Part shown: positions 58,684-64,000 of the stretch, one piece after another
How the letters are laid out: each line of letters opens with the position of its first letter
Numbering within the stretch: the first letter of the stretch is position 1
Origin: Fistulifera solaris
Lineage: Eukaryota
Length of the DNA stretch: 64,000 nt
Reading direction: 5' to 3'
Assembly (NCBI GenBank): GCA_030295235.1
Contig: AP026144.1
Coordinates: forward strand, 496,001-560,000
Program-made: the position numbers and the translations under genes
The notes under the pieces: generated by a model
The model's input: only the letters and a program-made list of their open reading frames with translations
What the model was told of the DNA's origin: nothing
Database searches by the model: none

Positions 58684-60051
58684 TTATTTCTTGTTCATAT
58701 TGATCACGGGCGTTACCATAGAGCAATCGTTGAAAAAGTCGACCATGACAATGTTTTGCGTTTTCCCGTCCCACTCATCTTCGACCCAGTTGGACACTTT
58801 TGGAGTCGCACGTTTGGCAATGTTTCGAATCGACAAGTCTCCTCGGCCTTCGAAGATTTCTTCCTTGATCAGGTCCGTATCCGGCGTCAAAATACCTTGC
58901 AAGACAAAGAACTTGTTCTTGGGTCGCGCTTCGACCGTATTCTCGAGCTTGGAACGGAGCGTTTCCGTGTCATTGGCTTCGGGCCATTTCGAGTCGATGC
59001 AATTCTTGAACCAGAGCTTGCCGTTGGAGGCCTTGTGCGTGGCTTCGTCGTGGTAAATGACGACCGCCTGAGCGCCTTTCTCCCAGTACTCACGGACCGG
59101 GCTGTCGGGACTCAATCCCTCTTTTGATTGGCCATTTTGGGACCGAGTTTCTGCGTGATACGTGCCGCCAGCAGTTTATGATGTTCTGGAGTCATATCAT
59201 ACAAGTGATTGAAATCCAAAAGAACAATCTCTTTCGGATGATTGCTGAGGAACCGGGAGACTTCATCGAGTACCGTGTCAATGTTGACACAGTACACTCC
59301 GTGACACGTATAGAACTGATCTTCACCGTGACTTGCCACACGCAAATCAAGGTAGCGAATGCCTTCATTCAACTGCTGCGAAATAGTCAATTCTTGGCAT
59401 TTGCACAAGCGTTCAAATACCACGCCCAGAACAGCATCATTGATCTTTTCCGTCAATTTGCGGAATAAGCCGCGGCCCACTTCCAGTTTATCCTGAATTC
59501 CGGAGGTCAAATCCGAATCCGGCGAAGCCCCCAGCTCTTCATGGAACTGGTAAGTCCCACTGTCGTGAGTTCCGGGCAACGCCACTTGACAAAGCGGTTT
59601 GTCGGCAATCACCTTGCCCAAGACTTTCATCCAGTCTTGCGGGGGGAATGTAATCGTGGATTTTGATATCAATCCGATAATTCCCATCGTCTTCGACACC
59701 CACATCGGCACTGATGGCGAGAACGGGCTTGGCCTCGTCTTCGGCAACACTGCGGGCCCACCACTTTTCGGCGTCGCACAAGAGTTGCATCTTGTCGTCG
59801 CCTTGTTCGTGTTGCGCCACGAGCGTCAACTGACCATCTTTCTGAATGCGCTTCTCGGCTTCACCTTCGATGTAAGTATAGTTTCCGCCGTACACTTTGT
59901 GGGCCGGTTCGGCAGGCAACTGCTTTCCGGTGGCGAGTGTGCCTTGCAATTGGGGCATGCCCTGATCTTCAATGCGGGCCTTTCCTTCGATGACTATGGT
60001 GACGGAACGCGTTGAGCGGTTTTGAATACGAACGTAAGCACCTTTTCCCAT
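58684..60051 (-). CDS. PI-PLC X-domain protein (PLCXD-like)
   Basis: LPGTHDSGTY, CQELTISQQLNEGIRYLDLRV, CHG, HPKEIVLLDFNH, FFVLQGILTP and NIVMVDF. Frameshifts at ~59643 and ~59122. Confidence 0.9.
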
Positions 60052-60524
60052 GATTGATGAATACTTTTCGAAGAAGAACAAAGATGAAGCTTATTATTTA
60101 CTCCGTATGTTATTGTTGCGATGAAAGATACAAACGCGAAAAGAGAGATATACTCCGAAAATGCAGATCTGCGTTGTTGTAGATGTTGGACGCGATCGTT
60201 TTTGTATCTTTTGAACGAAGTAAGGAGTCGAGCATGCCACGTGTACTTAGTACTATAAAAGAGACAGTTATGTAAGAACATGTGCCTACTGATGATCGTA
60301 AAAGCTCTACCCTTACTATTACTCGAATAACGCCGCGCCGCCTCCATTCTTCATTAGAAACTTGAAAGCTTCAAGTTTCAAGCCAATTCATTCGTCCGTT
60401 TCATTTCCTGTGAAACATCAGTTGAAGATCAAATAATAAATACTATTACCGTTCTCTTATTCAAAAGGTTCTTTGAACGGTTACGCAAAGCAGCCTATTC
60501 TGTTCATTGACCATCTCCATTTTT

Positions 60525-60917
60525 ATGACATCCCCTCCGCAGGCCACTCAACAAGTAAGCAACCACGATACCATATACCTTGGCAATGTACCTTTACAAT
60601 ATGCTACGGAAGTCATAATTGAAAAGTTATTACAACGGTACGGCCGTGTCGAACGTGTATCGATCGTACGACCGAACGATCGGACCGCGTACGCGTTTGG
60701 GCAATTCGCTACTGCCGAACAAGCCAAAATGGCGCGACAAGCACTGCAGGGACGGAAATTGGGAGGACGGATCTTACAAGTACGACCCGCACGGTCATCC
60801 CCAACGGCCACAACGAATCTTACCGAAACAGAAACACCACGACAATTGGATCATCGGATACGAGCCATCCAAGAGAAACTTCATCAAAAAACACACGAGA
60901 AATCTTCCCCAAAATAA
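60525..60917 (+). CDS. Single-RRM RNA-binding protein, RBM18-like
   Basis: RNP2 IYLGNV, RNP1-like YAFGQF, LQGRKLGGRILQVRPA and C-terminal RIRAIQEKL. Confidence 0.8.
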   Translation: MTSPPQATQQVSNHDTIYLGNVPLQYATEVIIEKLLQRYGRVERVSIVRPNDRTAYAFGQFATAEQAKMARQALQGRKLGGRILQVRPARSSPTATTNLTETETPRQLDHRIRAIQEKLHQKTHEKSSPK

Positions 60918-61020
60918 GAAACTGTTGCGTATAGAATGCATGAATGTCTCAACTCTGTAAGAAAATCTAGTTTTTAGCCTACGTTTTCTTCTAAAAACTG
61001 CTGCATGACAAAAAAATGAA

Positions 61021-62513
61021 TTATGCATCCTTCTTTTCGTCATCTTCGTCGGGAATCTCTTCTCCCAAAACTTCCGCAAGTTCTTTCTTAGCCTTCTTCA
61101 ACAATTCTTGTTGCTTACGTTCCTGACGCTTCTTAAAGTCCGCCAATTCCATTTCTTCATCCACTACTTCACCCATCTTGATACGGTACTTCAAATCACC
61201 TTCCAACAAGGCGCGGTCCCAGACCGTTTCCTTGAATTCGGCTTCGGTCATGTCGTTTTCGACCGTCCCCGCCATGGACTGACGGAAATATTCGCGCTTG
61301 ACCCATTCGTTGGCAATGGCTTCAATTTCTTTCGTGCGTTCGTCTTTTTCTTGTTGCTGTTCCGCCAAGAATCGTTCATCCGATTTGCGACGACTTTTCT
61401 GGAATTGTTCCTGTTCCCACCAAGCGTTGGTTGTGTATCCCTTGGCCGCATCGGGGTTGCTGGTGAGCCATTCTTCAATCGCTTTTTCGTAATTCTGTTG
61501 AAACATGCGTCAAAAGTGAGTCTGGTAACACACACGACCTGTCAAGACACCCCAGCCCTGCGTACCTTGGCTCCATCCCGGAGCATGTGATCGATTTCTT
61601 GCAAACGCGCGTAACCAGCTTCTCGTAAACCACGAATCAATCGAACTTCAGTCGCGTTGACATTGTAAATTTCAGCAAACGAGAGAGCTCTGTTCGCACC
61701 GGCCTCCAATTGCAACATTTCTGTAATCATGCGGTACGATTCTTGGCGAGAAAAGATGGCCTTGGCGGGCAATGTACCATTGACCGTACCAAACTGATCG
61801 AAATGGTACGCGTGTTTGCCTTCGGGTTCATCAGTTAGTTGCCCGACGGCCGCGATGGAATAGGTTTTACCGGTTTTCTGAATGGCCTCCAATGCCGCCG
61901 CACTGGCCGTGACATCCAATTCATTTGCCCCCACCAACAAAATGGCAATATTCTCGACACTGGGTGCTTCTGCTAAAGTCTTAGCGATAATTTGTACTTG
62001 TTCGAGCAGATTATCACCCTGCAAATAGGCCAACCAACTCTTGACACCTTCCAATTGAGCCGCTGTGGGCAAGCTGTCGCCTTGCGCAAAATCGAGTTTA
62101 TTCAACAATCCCGTGTACCGCGCCGATCGACTGATGAGTTGCTTCTTTGCCAATTTCGTGTCGGGACAGAACGCGACAATTTTGTTAAACTCGAACGCCG
62201 AATCTTGATGATTGAGTAAATCAAACAAAAATTGATCATCCGTTGTGACCCCCGGTCGAATGAGTCCCGAAACAAGACACGTCCCATCAATCGTACTACG
62301 GGCTTCGACCGGTTCCGGTGCTTTCAAATAGGCTTGTACTTTTTCGGCAGGATTCTCTCGTTCCATGGTACGGAATGCCGGTGGTCCTTTGACGCCCCAG
62401 GACGAAATGTAGAGTGCCGTGGTCGACGACGACGACGACGACGACGCGGAAGGTTGTACGACAAACGCCGTCGATGTCGCGGTCGTCGCGAGGAATAAGA
62501 ACCCAATTCTCAT
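61021..62513 (-). CDS. Conserved-looking plastid-targeted protein
   Basis: Bipartite presequence MRIGFLFLATTATSTA|FVVQP followed by a Ser-rich transit peptide; KKQLISRSARYTGLL. Intron from ~61565 into a charged helical C-terminal exon. Confidence 0.75.
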
Positions 62514-63005
62514 CTTTGTTGGCTGAATGAATGGATAATTAAGATAAAATATAAAGACAAAAAGAGAGAGAGAGAAGAAAAGAGAAAGTGTTCGGAAGGA
62601 GAAGCCCAATTTTTGTCAAGGGAAAAAAAAAAGATATCGTTCTCACTTCTCACTTGAGTTGCACGGAAAACAACGACGAGAAGAACGGAGAAGAAGAATG
62701 ACGATGACGGCGGTGACAAAGAGGGGCGCGAAGTGGTGTCACGAATGCGTAAGCCGTTGGGTGTATAAGGGAAGAGAGTACGACAGGGCACGCGGGACAC
62801 GCGGAAGCCATCTGTTCCATGAGGTTAAGTAAGTCGTAGTGGTACCCAGTAGAATTCGGAGTTCCGATCTCAAAAGCAACGACGAGATGCCAAAATCTCA
62901 AAAATGAGTTACTACGTATTTTGTTCTTGTGCCTGGTACAGTACCAGGTATTGTGTTGTTTTAGCATCACAAATCAAATCACCTTGCCACTTGAACATAA
63001 ACAAA

Positions 63006-63484
63006 ATGAATTTCTTTTCCAGATTATTACTCTCCTTCTTTTACTCAATTTCCACTGTTCAATGTTTTCTCATTCCACTCAGAATCTCTCCGCATCGTCC
63101 GCATTATCAAACACCGCGTGACATTGAAGAGCGCCTCGACGACTCCTTACGACCACCCCCCTTCAATTTACGCAAAGAATCCATTCTTTTGATAACAATG
63201 CTACTACCATGGCCAATAACAATGCATTGCGAATATGGCGGCTCATGCGCCGGCGATTGCCTCTTCTGTTGACAGGCACACAATCGGACGAGAACCCGTG
63301 GGGTGCCATTTACAATACTCTGCTAGTACGATTCCCCACACTGGTGGCGGGAGTTTTGTACGGAAAGAATGTGGTACAAGGACATCCTCTGATTGTGGAT
63401 CTGGGAGATGGTCCCTTTGAAGTGCCTCCTCTGATAGTAGTCGGAATTCTAGCGAGTATTCTCCGCGTACCGAAACCATCATGA
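63006..63484 (+). CDS. Small putative plastid-targeted membrane protein
   Basis: Signal peptide ..VQC|FL, PPPFNLRKESIL, then after a frameshift (~63190) NNNALRIW..LPLLLTG..NPWGAIYNTLLVRFP. Confidence 0.65.
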
Positions 63485-63644
63485 CAGTCTTTTTTTATCA
63501 ATTCCTTTTCGAGCAACGATAAAAAAATGCAAAACCAAACTTTTGCCTTTCAGCTTATTTTAAGTAATGATAGTTTACGTTCGTAAATATGCGAGCCGTT
63601 GTGTGTCCCCAGAATTCATCCATTCGAGTTATTCATCATTGATT

Positions 63645-64000
63645 CTACGAAAGAGAAGGAAAGGCTTTCTCATCGAGTGGGTTGATACCGCGTCCTCCAC
63701 GTCCTCCACCACGGTCACCACCGCGTCCTCCACGACCACCTTCACGACCTCGGCCTCGACCTCCACCACGGCCGCCTTCGCGACCTCCACGTCCACCGCC
63801 ATCACGACCTCGTCCTCCTCCTCCGCGGCCGCCACGTCCTCCGCGGTCATTCGCACTACCACTTTCTACTCGGAAACCCAGTTCCACCACCGGCTTGTCG
63901 CCTTCTTCTTCCTTCTTGCTCTTTCCTCCTTTGCGTTTCTGTTTTCCTGTCGAAAAGTACTCTTCTTCTTCCGCCTTGGCCTTGGCGGCCGCTTTGTTGA
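63645..64000 (-). CDS. HABP4/SERBP1-like RGG RNA-binding protein, C-terminal part
   Basis: EEEYF..KK..K..VELGFRV, a long RGG tract and terminal DEKAFPSL. Runs off the window end. Confidence 0.8.
   Translation of the reverse strand, partial: NKAAAKAKAEEEEYFSTGKQKRKGGKSKKEEEGDKPVVELGFRVESGSANDRGGRGGRGGGGRGRDGGGRGGREGGRGGGRGRGREGGRGGRGGDRGGGRGGRGINPLDEKAFPSLS

Noticed and set aside
62424..62446. (GAC)n microsatellite
   Set aside because: It encodes the poly-Ser of a transit peptide on the minus strand.
58672..62498. Long antisense ORFs over PLCXD and the plastid protein gene
   Set aside because: Shadow ORFs opposite well-supported genes.

Overview
Gene-dense eukaryotic DNA with short GT-AG introns. 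It most likely comes from a pennate diatom, inferred from bipartite plastid-targeting N-termini with an AF cleavage motif, a DUF6824-like protein and WRKY19-like Cys/His repeats. The window holds about 35 protein genes, including an ABCA transporter, a GON4-like Myb protein, PurH, HRD1, a DnaJ protein, GPI8, CK1, an exostosin, NF-YC, two flavodoxin-like proteins around a cytochrome b5 protein, a GPR1/FUN34/YaaH pair, PLCXD, RBM18-like and SERBP1-like genes. Many conserved genes carry single-base frameshifts in homopolymer runs, most likely assembly errors. The most unusual structure is at ~2.6-6.85 kb: a decayed, 5'-truncated CRE-like non-LTR retrotransposon endonuclease (RLE) domain is split between 'FTP' and 'SIDG' by a ~3.8 kb insert. 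The insert is a perfect 28-bp CTAG-ended hairpin followed directly by ~230 copies of a 16-nt unit with five main variants, higher-order periodicity and CpG decay. All family calls come from motif recognition by eye; no searches were run.
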